Shown one piece after another: positions 1 through 12,616 of a stretch of DNA of 64,000 nt. Positions within the stretch are counted from its first letter, which is position 1, and each line of letters begins with the position of its first letter. The notes beneath the pieces were generated by a model. The model searched no databases, was not told the DNA's origin, and saw nothing but the letters and a program-made list of their open reading frames with translations. Source of the stretch: Callorhinchus milii (lineage: Eukaryota); NCBI RefSeq assembly GCF_018977255.1, contig NW_024704742.1:5768001-5832000 (forward strand), given 5' to 3'. The position numbers were made by a program, and so were the translations under genes.

Positions 1-1
1 A

Positions 2-1679
2 GTGAAGCCCAGGTTGAAGCTCGTGCTGATGGGACTCAAAGGTGCCGGCAAATCTGTCCTGAGGCAGTGCCTGGTTGGCCAAACGCACGGTCTTCCTGTG
101 TCACACGGGAAAGGAATCGAAGTCACTCAGTGGGTTGCTGATGTTGAGAAGAATCTGACTTTTATCGTCTACGACTTAGCGGGAGATCAAAACTATGATC
201 TCATTCAGCCATTCTTCCTCTCGCCCGGTGCTTTTTACCTCTTGTTAGTCAATCTGAAAGCGTACGTTTCCGGTCGCTTTTATGATTTTGTTGGCTATTT
301 CCTACATCTTCTTGGCGCCAGGGTGCCTCATGGTGTTGTGTGTATGGTGGGGACCCACGTAGATCTCTGCAGTGAAAAAGAGATCGAAGAAAAATGCCTT
401 GGGATTCATCACCAGATTGCTCTCCAAGAGAAACGAGATGTTGAGTTCATGAACGCTGTAGCTCAAAAGGTAGACAAAGCCCTGAGCCAAGAGTTTGATC
501 TGCGAGCTACAAGTCCACACGCATCGTTCTACGGAGTGTCGGATAAAAACCTAAGGAGGAAGAAAGCACAGCTGCAGTACATGTTGAATAATCGCCTCCA
601 AATATTGTCTCCTGTCATCCCCGTGAGCTGCCAAGGCCAGTATCTGGGCATCCAACGTTTGAAGGAGAAACTGCTGTCAATTGCTGAACACAGGGAGATT
701 TTTCCAAATCTCCATAGAGTCTTGCCAAAATCATGGCAGAGGTTGGAAGAATTGCACTTTAAGCCACAGGAACTTTGGCTCTCCTGGTGGGACTCGGCCA
801 GGTTGGGATTGCAAGCCGGCCTCACAGAAGACCGACTTCAAAGTGCCCTGTCTTACTTGCACGAGAGTGGCAAGTTGCTGTATTTTGAAGATAGTCTGAC
901 TCTTAAAGAGTACGTATTTCATAACTTAACCAAACTCATTGACATTCTAAATATCTTCTTCCAACGTGACGCTTCGGTTCTTCTTCAGAAACTCTTGGCT
1001 GACGCCGATATTGATGAACTGAGAGCAACGCAACTGCATCACTACGTGGAAGGGTTCCTGCTTCACGGACTTCTTCCGGTGCACATCATTCGCCTTCTTT
1101 TGAAGCCACACATCAAGACCCAGCAGGATCTGAATCTAATTCTAGAATTGCTGGAGAAAATGGGTCTCTGTTATTGCCTCAATAAACCGAAAATCAAGCC
1201 ACTGAACGGCGCGGCAGTCTGGTTCAAGTTCCCCTGTTACGTGAAGAATGAGGTTCCACATGCAGAAGCCTGGATAAATGGCTCAAATCTCTCTGGACAA
1301 CCATTTGCCATCGAACAGCTTCAAGTTGAATATAGTTTTCCCTTTTTGTTGCCTCCAGGGCTTTTTGCCAGGTATAGTGTCCAGATCAACACACATGTTG
1401 TACATCGATCGGATGGCAAATATCAGATTTTTGCCCACAGGGGAAAGGTTCCTGTGGTGGTCAGTTACAGACCTTCCCGAAGCAGTCTGCGGGCAGACAC
1501 TTTATCTATTACCAGCCATGCTTCGTTGCCAAATATTTGGACAGCATGGCAAGCCATAATTCCTCTGGTGGAAGAACTGAATATGCTTCTCCAGGAATGG
1601 CCAGGATTGTACTTCACTGTGCATATCCTCTGTTCAAAGTGCCTTAAGAGAGGGTCCCCAAACCCGCACACCTTTCCAG
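2..1679 (+). CDS. MFHAS1: MFHAS1/MASL1 (ROCO family) large coding exon 1, 3' part (Roc GTPase + COR); 5' end lies outside the window
   Basis: Open frame with P-loop MGLKGAGKS, DLAG (G3), VGTHVD (G4) and COR-type WLSWWDSARLGLQAGLTEDRLQSALSYLHESGKLLYF. It ends at a phase-1 donor CCAG|gtaagg (GT at 1680-1681). Confidence 0.96.
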
Positions 1680-2289
1680 GTAAGGTCATATAAGTTTTTC
1701 CTTACCTACTGTCCTCAAGCTCAGAGCAACCCACTGAACCGGTCTAGTCAGTACATTGAATCATTACAGTGAAGCCTATTCCTGAATATTTCTTTATAAT
1801 AATTAAATACATCAATTATTAATTGAAAGGGATCGAAACTCAGACATTCTATATAAACCTGAAACAATTATCTGTATTCATAACTTTAAAAGTAAAACAT
1901 AAAGGAGGGATTGTTGGGCAAAGTTGAGCTCATTTATTTTGTATAACGCAACAGCGTCATTGTTTGGAAACGTGCTCTCCTGAGAGGTAGGTTGAATAAT
2001 TTAACTCTGGATATTGAAGGTTCAGTTGTGCTTTGGTTCCAGTTTGCTTTCTATCAGCAGGAGGTTGGATGATGAAATAATTCTGAAGTGTCCCAAGGGT
2101 CCTCAAAATAAGTCTCAAAGGTTGTTGTGTTATCAAATAGTTCAATGAGTTAAATTGAAACCTGCTCGCACTTTCTATTTATTCATTCATTATTGGATAT
2201 CTTAGGAATGCGGGTGGGTGTGGCACGTTGGTGTAAAAGCTGCCGGTACACAATGAATTTTTAAATAATTGGGTAAAAAGCTTGGGGCA

Positions 2290-2440
2290 ATAATAATCCT
2301 TGCATTTGATATAGCGCCTTATCACGTCTTCGAGACGTCTCAAAGCGCTTCACAGAATATAGTGAATTGATTGTATATTTTGTGGGCGAAACGCGGCAGC
2401 CAATTGCGCACAGCGGCGTCCCCACAAACAGTCGTGGATC
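2290..2440 (-). mobile_element. SINE 3' half. Further 3'-half copies at ~3820-3990(-), 15000-15160(+), 27020-27130(+), 30395-30560(+), 30970-31090(-), 31910-31990(-), 34850-35150(+), 52165-52300(-), 54765-54880(-), 55437-55530(-)
   Basis: Recurrent motif aatccttgcatttgatatagcgccttatcacgtcttcgagacgtctcaaagcgcttcacag on either strand. Confidence 0.85.
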
Positions 2441-3169
2441 CTTAAATGTGCATTTAGGAACATCAGCAGGTGGTCCCCTTTGCAGATAAGTGGTTTGCTC
2501 CACTCGGGGGTTGGGGAGGACGCAATCCTATTTCGTAAATATTATGCCCTATATTGGGGACCTCAGAAAAACAGTCAGGTAGCAAACAGACGAAGGGCTG
2601 AGTAGCATTTAATGCTGGAAAAGTCTGTGTCTGTCATATTATTGTTGTTAGAGACACATTCTGTGAAGTGGTTGTGAGATGTGTTGGAGTTGCCGCATCA
2701 AATGCACTGATTGATTATTAGAACCGAATGTTCCTTTTAAAATCTACTAATTGACTGCCCTGCGCACTACACGGCGAAGCACTGATTAAAGAATTAAAGA
2801 ACGTTAAGTTTGGTTCTCGAGACCCATCACACAGCTAAGCAGCTGAGTGCAAGCTGGGTTCTTCCCCTCACGGAGGAAGGAGAGAGAAAGTAAATTTCGC
2901 TCCCCCCAAAAGTCGGTAGATGCGAGAATTGATTTGAGATACGGTATTTAAAAGAAGAGCGGGAGATACTCGAGAGAAGGAGAGAGAAAGTAAATCATGC
3001 TGTCTCGTTCTTCTCACGGTAGCCGCTTAGGATAAATCCGGAACCCTTCGGGAGCACAGGAATAGACAGAGCCCATTCAGTACATCAAGTCTGTCCCATC
3101 ATTTTTTTAAGATCTTGGTGTCCCATTTCACTGTCTTCTCCATTACCTTACAATAGACATTTATATGGC

Positions 3170-3545
3170 ATACGTCGGGAGGACTTCTCAAAATGCTCAA
3201 ACATGCCAGATGGGCACCCGAGCAGAGGTCGAATGCCAAGGTGGGTGGGGAGGGGAAAAAGGATTGAAAGTGTCTTCATGGAGGTTTGTTTAGAGAAGAA
3301 CCATGAACAAGGTGAGGGAGGAAGGGAGTCGGAGTGACTCTGGGACAAGAGTTCCAGAAGCCAGTGGCAGGAAGGCCGAAAACTCACACGGTACGAGATG
3401 GTGGGTAGATGGGCCGGGAGACATGCCGCAGGTCAGTGCTCGTGAGCAAAGGGAATGGCTGGGGACGTGCGGTTGACGCAGGTCACGGAGGTAGGGTGTG
3501 GTGAATCCGTGGAGGGGTTTGAACACGAGAATGAGTCTACTGGGA
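3170..3545 (-). mobile_element. L2 LINE 3' fragment. Further fragments at ~7680-7900(-), 8060-8360(+), 11240-11580(-), 22720-22895(+), 25500-25800(+), 33340-33590(-), 35740-36085(+), 45010-45190(+), 62290-62580(+)
   Basis: Recurrent LWNSLP/FKSRLKTLLF-coding remnants and L2 tail, matching 53800-54160. Confidence 0.8.
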
Positions 3546-6439
3546 GATAGGGAGCCATCAGAGAGAGTAAGCATAGGCTTGTCGAGCCTAGTGCTGGAAA
3601 GGATTCTAGATAATCTGCATCTGCGTAGGGAACATCTGGGGAACATCCTTACTCTCAAGTATCTATCTCCTCTTTTAAATACTTTATCTCAAATTGATTC
3701 TCCCAACTTTCTGGAGAGTGAAATCCACATTCTCGCAGCCTTTTGCGTGAAGATACATTTCCTTTTCTTATTTCTAACCGTCTTAGCTCTTGTTTTCAGA
3801 ATGTCCCCCAGAATGATGAGTAATAATAACCCTCGCATTTGATAAAGCGCCTTATCGCACCTTTGTGACAAAGCGCCTCACAGATATATTGTAAAGTGTA
3901 GTGACTGTGTGTTTCGCGGGCGAAACACGGCAGCCAGTTGCACAGGGCAGTGTCCCACAAACAGTCGTAGATTGAGTGGCCGAATTATTTTATTACCTCC
4001 TTACCAGCTTAATATTGTCTCCTTATCAGCTTAATGTAATGTCCTCTCTTATTTCCAGCACTTCAGGTGAGTGCTGTTATTTGGTTTGAGGGGAACTGAA
4101 TTTGAAAGTGAAATGTACAGGTCGCTGAGTCTTGTATATGCTGCACAACCAGGTCAGAGCTCAGCAAATCCCTGTTACATATTTCTTTGAGGTTTGTGAT
4201 TACTGCTTATTCTGTGCCAAGCTTCCAAGTTTGTCTGTAGACCTGAGTATTAAACCACCACAACAGTCGTCGTTTGTAAAAAATTAGTTTTGAGTCTCTG
4301 GCAAGTTGTAATTTGAAGTAGCATTTATCCTATGTGGTTTAATTGATCTAATTGCACTGACCCACACCGTGAATTTGCGCTCTGGAGTTTTGCTCAGATA
4401 TAACAGTGCTCATTAGCTACTCTGACGTCATTGACAGAATCTTTGCCACGAGCAGAGGAGGAGGTGAGGGGCTGAAGTGGCTGCAAGTCTGTCCCAACTT
4501 GATGCTGTTAGATGATCATTGCCCAGAAGAGTGAAACGGATAAAGTTTTGGATGTTATTTAACATTATTATACTTCCTAACTTTAAAGATCCCATGGCAC
4601 TTTTTGAAAAGGGAAAGTAGTCCCTCCCGGTGTCCGGGCTAAAAATCCCCCAAATAAAATTGGCCGTTACCTCCATGGCTGTGGGCTAATGCCGTGCGCA
4701 AAATTGGCTGCTACGTTTGTCCAACAAAGCACTCCACTTCACAGTATATTCCGTGAAGCGCTTTGAGACGGTCTCGAAGCCGTGATAAGGCGCTATATCA
4801 AATGCGAGGATTATTATTATTATTGTTATTATTATTATTATTATTATCTCCCTCTGCATTGAGGCTCCCATTGCTTAGTCTGGAGGGCAGTGAGCTGGCT
4901 TGTTTCCATGAAGTAAAAACCTAGGCCTTAAATCATAATCCTTCCCATTCCACACATTACAATGCGCGAGTCAGTGTTCAGATACACCCGGGGGAATTGT
5001 GTAATAAAAAAAAGTCGTTAACGCTGAATGGAATAGCCTCTTAACAAGGCTCCCTCCACAACACGCCATTTGATTCGCGCCGCCAGACACGTTTTTCAAG
5101 TTAGCCCCTTAAATTAAGGATTATCACCACAGATAAAATGAGAAGAATGCTTTTACTCAGAGCAACGTTAGAATCTGGAATGTTTCAGACCAGAAGGCTG
5201 TTGGGAGCCCAGACTATAGCAGCGGTTAACAGGGAATTGGGGAAATAATATTTAACGGTCCGGGCAGGGGAATGAGATTGGAATCCTTAGCTTCGGTGAG
5301 GAGGAAGTGGTGCACCAACAGAGACCAGATTAACGGAACTGCCTCGTTTCTTGCTGTAAACTTTGTATAGATGTTGCGGTTATGTGTCAGGCGCTGAGCG
5401 AGTCACGCGCTCCAGTTCTCTTTTACCTCCAGTCTCGGCTGTTGCTTTGACCCATTGAATACTTACTGCATCGTCCGTACTTATTTTTGTCAGAATCGGA
5501 AACCTGGATTGTCACCGAGTCTAGCAGTTTTTTAGTGCAGAATGGGACGTCAAACAAGATCTGACGAGCAGTGTTCCTTCTAAAGGCTGAACGGGCTCAA
5601 GATAGCCCCGTCAAAACTCGCCGGATGGAAGCCGTACAATCCCAACAGGCTGTGAATGCGGTTTTCACATTGCATACACGGACAGAGTTTTAATTGGCTT
5701 ACTCCCTACGTGCTGGCTGATTCCTGCCATAGCAAAAATGGCCAACGTCTGGGTCATCAGGTCTCTGCCATGACTCTGGTGGCAATCTGAGTGCCCGGAG
5801 GTGACCGGTTTAGAGCGAGAGTTGCCGGGGCGCAGGAAGCGAGGTAGTTGGCCAGTTGTGCCCGTCTGTAATGAACGGGATCCACACTCGACACTGTGGC
5901 TAAATAAGCGCTGCAAAACAGTCTGTTACAGTGGGTTTGCATTGCGTGTGCAATCTTAAGGACAAGTAGAAATTTTCTAACGAGCTGAAATTCCGATCAG
6001 GAATTGACATTTTCATTTCCCTAAGCCAGGGCCTGCCCTTCCATGGGTAGGGAAGGCCCTTTAATCAGTCTGTGATTAGAAGTAGAGTGAATTTTGAAAC
6101 CTCATTTTAAATGTGATGTTCTGGTGGAACGTATCGGGTTCTAACCGCTTCTGCAATTGAGGCAAGAAGACAACACGTTGGTTCGCTGGGGGAAGGGAGG
6201 GTGTTTCTCCCGCTGGCCCACACGCCTCCAAATAAGATTGGTCATTCACTTACCTCGTGGCTGTTTTGCGGATCGTTGCCGTGAGCAAATTTGCTGCCAT
6301 TTTCTCGACAGAATCTAAGTCACTACACTTTACAGTGAATCCTGTGAACCACTTTGAGATGCCCTCCCAGGGTGAAAGGTGCTGTACCTAATGGTTGGAT
6401 TATTACAGCATTATTACCTGCGTTTAAGCATGATCAAGA

Positions 6440-7105
6440 ACTAGGGGAGCAAAGCGATCTGGGGTTTCAGATCCACGAATCTATAAAAGTAGCTACACAG
6501 GTAGATAAGGCCACAAAAAGGGGCAATGGGCTTTATATCCAATGGGGTCAGAGTATAAAAATGAGGAGGTGCTGTTGAATTTGTACAAAACCTTGTTTGA
6601 AGTATTGTGTCCAATTGCAGTCTCCAGAAGGATATAGCAGCGATAGTGATGGAGAGAGTACACGTGTAGAATGATACCAGGGCTGACAGGTTGCTGCTAG
6701 CAGGATAGACTGTATAGGTTGGGCCTTTTTTTTCGCTAGAGATGAGATATTTAAGAGAGGACCTAATAGAGATATTTAAAATTTTAAAAGGGTTCAATAA
6801 GGTTCGCATAAATACGCTGTTTTCACTTGCTAGGAAATCTGTGTAACCAGGGGATGCAAGGATAGGATAGCGACTAGTAGATCTAAGTGAGAATGTAGGA
6901 GGAACTACTTCACGTGGAGGGTAGCGCGATTTTGGAAATCCCTGCCTGAAGCAGTGGTTTGAAGGAAATAAAACAGATGCATTCAAGAAGAAGCTAGATA
7001 TGAACATGAGGGAGAAAGGAATAAAAGGGTATGCAAGGGAATAAGTGGACGGAGACTCGTGGCACAGACTAGCTGGACCAAATGGCCTGTTTCTGTGCTG
7101 CACAG
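6440..7105 (+). mobile_element. Decayed CR1 3' fragment
   Basis: Similar to the 58680-59380 CR1 end (gagtattgtgtccaatt, gacctaatagag, ggaccaaatggcctgtttctgtgctg). Confidence 0.8.
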
Positions 7106-8644
7106 TCTTTGTAAATCTACGTAAAATGCATGCTTTGAGAGTTTGTGGATTGGATTCCTGGGTAGGGTAGGAGTGATGCCTTTTAGCTGAAGGAAAAAGA
7201 AATTCTGTACCTAAAACAGCTTGCACTTAAGACTGCCCGTCTCTGTTTTGGGTGGAAATCAAACAGGATTTGTTGAGATGAAGGGAAGCATTTTAACTAT
7301 TCAATATTGGTGATATTGGAATGATAAGGTTTCTGGCTCTTGTTAACCTTTTGTGCTGCTCACATTCCTCTGCTATTTGTGTTTGAGACAAGCATTTAAC
7401 TGAATAAAAACTAGATTCCAGATTTCAAGGGTAGAGGTATTGAGGAAGGAAAACTCTTTTGATCGCTATCTAGTGACTTCCTTCTGAGGATGTATACACA
7501 CAGACAGCAAATAAAGCTGGATGAGACTCAACTATAATTCATTCCACTATCAAATACTCTGCCAATTCTCTAACTGAGTTCGCATCTAAAAAAATAGATA
7601 TGGAACAAGGTATAGAAGGGGTTCTGATGTCCCATGTTATTGTACATGCTGGGGAGTTACTTTCAACAACAAACTGACTATGCATAGCTTCACACCGGGA
7701 GGACGTCCCAAGGCATTGGAACGTAAAGGGTTTACGTGCGAGCTGGGGGTTGGAGTTAACTGGTGAAGGGCAAAGTGGGGGGATGCTCGAAGACAGGGTC
7801 AAAGAGGAAGGTCTTGAGACGGGCTTTGAAGAAGACGAAGCGGAGGGGCTCCGGGAAGACTTCCAGAGGGTGGGGGCAGAAAGGCCTGAGACTTTCAGGA
7901 AAGAAGAGGATGGGAGAAAGGTGAGGAATAAGTGTATTAGGGGCTTTGTAACAATACAAATCACAGAACGAATCATTTCAAGATCCTGTCACTCGTCTAC
8001 AAATCCCTTCATGCCTTGGCTACCAACCATTCTGACCTGCTTTCTCCCCACTCCACTACCCGCTGCCTCCACTCGGCTGGCTCTGGCTTCCTGCTTGTCC
8101 CTCGTCCCCTTCCTTCCACCATCAGCCACTGTGCTATCAGCCACTCCATCCCGAAGCGTGAGGACTCTCTCCCCCAATCCCTCTATTTTGCCGCCACCCC
8201 CTCCTCCTCTTTTAGATCACGACTAAAGACCTTCCTCTTCGACCGTACATGTGGTCACTTCCTCCCTCCCACGGTTCGGAGTCGGGTTTCGCCAGTGTTT
8301 CGCGCTCTGAGATGCTGCCCCTTGTGAAGACCCCTATATAAATGCAAGTTGTTGTTGTTTTCTGCATTGATGTTACTGCTCATGCTGCAGAGCTAGAAGG
8401 TAACCTATTGAGCTTCGGTCTCTTCCCTCAAGACTTCTTGCCTCTGAGAGGTTTCTTCACAGTCTCTCTGATTCTTTATCCAACAGCAACATCATCATCA
8501 TCTTCCTCTTCTGTAGGCCCCCTCTTTCCGTGTACCATTGGATCAATAACTCACTCGTTCTCCAAAGCGCCTTTGTATTTTTCTACCATTTCCTCTGCTT
8601 CTAATTGTTTATTTTCTTCTTTCTTCACACTTTGTATTCTTTTG

Positions 8645-8932
8645 GATTCCTGTAGCCCAGTGGGTAGAGCACTTGCCTCACAAGTTCGATTCCTGGCAGG
8701 GTGAAACTTTGAGCACGTTTCCTTACTCCGCACGCCTCATAATAATCCCTCAAGAAATAAAATCAAAATAAAATAATTTGGTCACTGAATCCACGACTGT
8801 TTGTGGAACACTGCTGTGTGCAATTGGCTGCCACATTTCGCCCACAAATATACACACAGTGTATTCTGTGAAGTGCTTTGAGGGGCCGAGAAGATGTGAA
8901 AAGTGCGATATCAAGGATTATTATTATTATTT
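8645..8932 (+). mobile_element. tRNA-derived SINE (diverged)
   Basis: tcctgtagcccagtgggtagagcac head through tatcaaggattattatt tail. Confidence 0.85.
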
Positions 8933-10081
8933 TCAGCAAGCAGTCCCAGATTAATTGTGTCCCGAAGTCCCAGCAGTCACTTTTTCCAATGTAAAATGGT
9001 ATTTTGTATGATTTCCTTTTACACTTTGTTTCTATTTCTATCCTTCCTAACCGTCTCAATTTCACCTTTGTCATATGTCAATAGTTTGTCTGTTCCGGTT
9101 TTCATCTCTCTCTCTCTGGTTCGCCCAAACTTATATACTCATCTCATGATATCACACTTGATCGTTCAATTTACATTGTATGCATTTTCCCCTTTTGTGT
9201 ACCAGAATGATACTTACAATACATACGGTAGAACAATACATTCTATCTCCTATGTCTTGCATTTCCACTTTTTCTATGAGATCTATTGCATCAATATTGT
9301 ATTAATAATAATTATTGCATTTGATAGTATCACCTTTTCATGTCAGCAAGATGTCTCAAAGCGCTTCACAGGATTTACTGTAAAGTGCTTTTTGACTGTT
9401 TATTTTGTGGACAAAGTGGTGAGGTTCGGAGTAAAAATGGAGTAGAGAAGCAGAGGGACCTTGGTATGCAGTCATTAAAGGTCATTAAACATGAGTCATT
9501 AAAGGTGGTAGTGCAGGTCCCAAGACCATAAAAAAGACAAATTGAATCTGTGGTTCTTTATCCCAAAGCAAAGAATGCAAAATCTTAAAGAAAGAAATGA
9601 TGAACTCTTCCAAGACCTTGGTTTATTTATACAGTAAAGCCAGTTAAGTGCATTAATTATCAACTTGCCCCATTATAGATAAAGAAACAGGGTGGATCAA
9701 AGGAACCAGCTTCCAAGTTGAGATGAATTTAATACAATTCTGTGCAATGTTCAATCTTAAGGCAAAGCACTTTTATGAACTAAGATGAATGAGGTGAGAT
9801 TCCAAAATGAGCTAAGGTCTTGAGCAAGTGGGATTAGATTAATGACTCGTGCGGAGAAAGACACAAATTCACGTATTCGTTATTCTGAATGACCTGTTTC
9901 TTTGTTGTGAGGTTCAAGGTTTCTTCTCTCTGTTGAAATAAGTCGACTGTCTCTACAAACAGTTCAAAATTGTGCGTTCACCTCATGGGTTGTGCAAATG
10001 GCTGCTGGGTTTGCCCCCCCACCCCCAGCAATTATGTGTGAAGGGTTTGAGACTGTTCAATGTTGTAAAAGGTACTTAAAA

Positions 10082-10352
10082 ATAATAATAATCCTTGCAT
10101 TTGATATAGCGCTTTTCACGTCGGGAGGACGTCCCGAAGCGCTTCACAGAACACACTGTAAAGTGAATTGACTGTATATTTGTGGGCGAACGCGGCAGCC
10201 AATTGCGCACAGCAATGTCCCACAAACAGTCGTGGATTGAAAATGACCAATTTATTATTGTTTTTGGTTTTGGAGGGATTATTATTAGGCTCTGTGTGGA
10301 GTAAGGAAACTTGCCCAAGGTTTCGTCCTGACCTGGAATTGAACTCAGGTCT
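10082..10352 (-). mobile_element. tRNA-derived SINE (young subfamily, 5'-truncated)
   Basis: Reverse complement of the 32218 copy from the B box to the tail. Confidence 0.9.
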
Positions 10353-12440
10353 CTGTTGAGAGATAAACATGCGCACAAGCTAACAGTGAAGGTTTTTTTT
10401 GTATTAAATTCCTTAATAGTATAACCGGAGCAGGATCGGGGTGGGGGGGGGTGAGAGGAGCTAGGATTCTCTTAATGTTCGTGCAGGGAATTTTTGACAT
10501 CGTTTCAAGTTCCAGCGATGGTTAAAAACACGAGTTGCGTTTCTTGTCGGATTCCAAATGATTCTCTCGGTTGCATGAATGCTTCAAGCTCCACCCTGAT
10601 GAGCAATTCCCTCTACGGTAAGAAGGACTGACTGAAGGATGACTAAATTTGGTCGCGTCGATGCCTACTTTCGGCTGCAGTCCGTGTTTGTTGCGGGTCA
10701 TACTGCAGCGATTTTCCGCACGTGGTCAAGGTGTAGAGCGAGGGAGAGAGAGCGAGCGTCACACGTTCACACAACAAGAGTGATGATTTAGGCAAGTTAC
10801 ACCAGGAGCTGAGATTTTAACCAAGTTTGGTAAGGTTTCTGTGGAAATCTGGCTCCTTTACAGGCACACAATGTACTAACTGCTGTAGTTATTGATGACT
10901 TTGAGTTTATGCAGCTTCCAAACTGCAGACGGAGTGCGATTAGCAGGCATTGAATATAACGTCAATGGTGATGCTTTGACTATTTTAGGCCAAGTGATCT
11001 AACTTGGTATTAAATAGAAAAATAATCTCCTCATCCTTGATCAGCATTTTAAAGATCGTACCGTCTACTAACTACGCTGTCTAAGGGCTCGGTAGGAAAA
11101 ATAAATCCTAAATGGATTATTCAAAAGTATGCGAATGATAAAATATCAATGGTTTGTACTTGGGCTTTATAATCTGTGCCAATTACAACAACACATTACA
11201 CTTGTATACCGCCCTTCAAGTCGGAAATTGGACAGTCAGGGGTTTTTGGACCCGAGCTGGGAATTGGGGTCAGGAGGGGTGGAGGGCAGAGGATTGGGGA
11301 TGGGAGAGGGGGGGGCCGAAGGCACGGTCGAAGAAGAAGGTCTTTAGACGGGACTTGAAGGAGGCAAGAGAGGTGGGTGTGGCGGAGTGACTGCGGGATA
11401 GAATTCCAGAGTGTGAGGGCAGCGATGCTGAATGCCCAACCACCAGTGGTGGGGCGGGAAGTGCGGGGGGCCTGAAGCAGGCCAGTATCCACCGAATGGA
11501 GGGAGCAGACAGGCTGATACGGGGTTAGGTGGTCGGAGAAGTACGGGGGAGTGAGACCATGGAGGGCTTTGGAAGTGATTCAACAATTCAAAAGCTGCCC
11601 ATGCATTTAGTTATATGCAATTTTCACTGTCAAAACCTCTTGCACATACAACAGGCTATCAGGATATTACTGAAGATCTAAACTAAGCGATGTCTCCATG
11701 AACTGAATGGGTCAAAGTTCTAAGCCGGGTGGGTCCACGGTACTCAAGGAAGTGCACTTGAAGATAGTGTCCTTTGTGAAAATTACTGTATTAAGAGAAA
11801 CGCAGTATATTCACAATATACCCTGTGAAGCGCTTTGAGACATCTCGACAATGTGGTAAAGCGTCATGTCAAATGCCAGGATTGTTATGATGAATAAAAA
11901 TCCTGAAAAACCCAACAAAAGGTTGAAAAAGAATAGGCTAGGCCTAAAACAGACTTTGCTGCTGTGATTTCTCATTGTTATTCAATGGAATTTGGTGTGG
12001 AAAACTGGGATTTCGGCGGGCTGTCATCTCTAGCACAATGAATTCCGGTTTGTGAATGTGGCCCTTAATCCAAGTATTTCTGGCTCCCTGCAGTCTTTGT
12101 TGCTCTCAGAATTTATGGTTCTCATGGGACGACGTTCCAGCTGTGGATAGTGTATATTTTATTATATTCTTAAACGTACATACTAAACCAAACAGAGCAA
12201 TTCTGAGAACTCTGGCGAGAGCAGCGATGGAGAACATGTGATTGTGAGGGTAGCCTGGGGCCTGCCCTCCGTATAACACTGGAAAAGGAATCCAGCAGGG
12301 CACCCACCCACACTCCATTTTACCAGTTGTAAATTACTGCTAAAGGCAAGATGTGATCCAAATACACGTATGCTATCCATATGCCTAACACTTGTGTTGT
12401 ATTTGGGCCAAGTCATTTCTCTATGGGCAAAATACTCCAC

Positions 12441-12616
12441 ATGCTGGAAATCTGAAATAAAACTAGAAGTCGCTGGGAACGCTCAGCAGGTCAGGCAGCA
12501 TCTATGGAGAGAGGAAAGCGAGTTGACGTTTCATCAGAGACGAAATATCATCGACCTGAAACGTTGACGCACTTTCCTCTCTCCATAGATGCTGCCTCAC
12601 CTGCTGAGTGTTCCCA
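12441..12616. mobile_element. Same hairpin element family. Single-arm or partial copies at 13830-13925, 33593-33712 and 62672-62762
   Basis: gctgggaacgctcagcaggtcaggcagcatctatggagagagg...atcgacctgaaacgttgac...cctctctccatagatgctgcc. Confidence 0.75.

Noticed and set aside
2876..2995. 20-bp direct repeat gaaggagagagaaagtaaat 100 bp apart
   Set aside because: Low-complexity purine tract with no recognisable element between the copies; a local duplication with no further support.
6441..8327. 261-aa, 158-aa and 145-aa ORFs
   Set aside because: Antisense or off-frame readings of decayed CR1 and L2 fragments.
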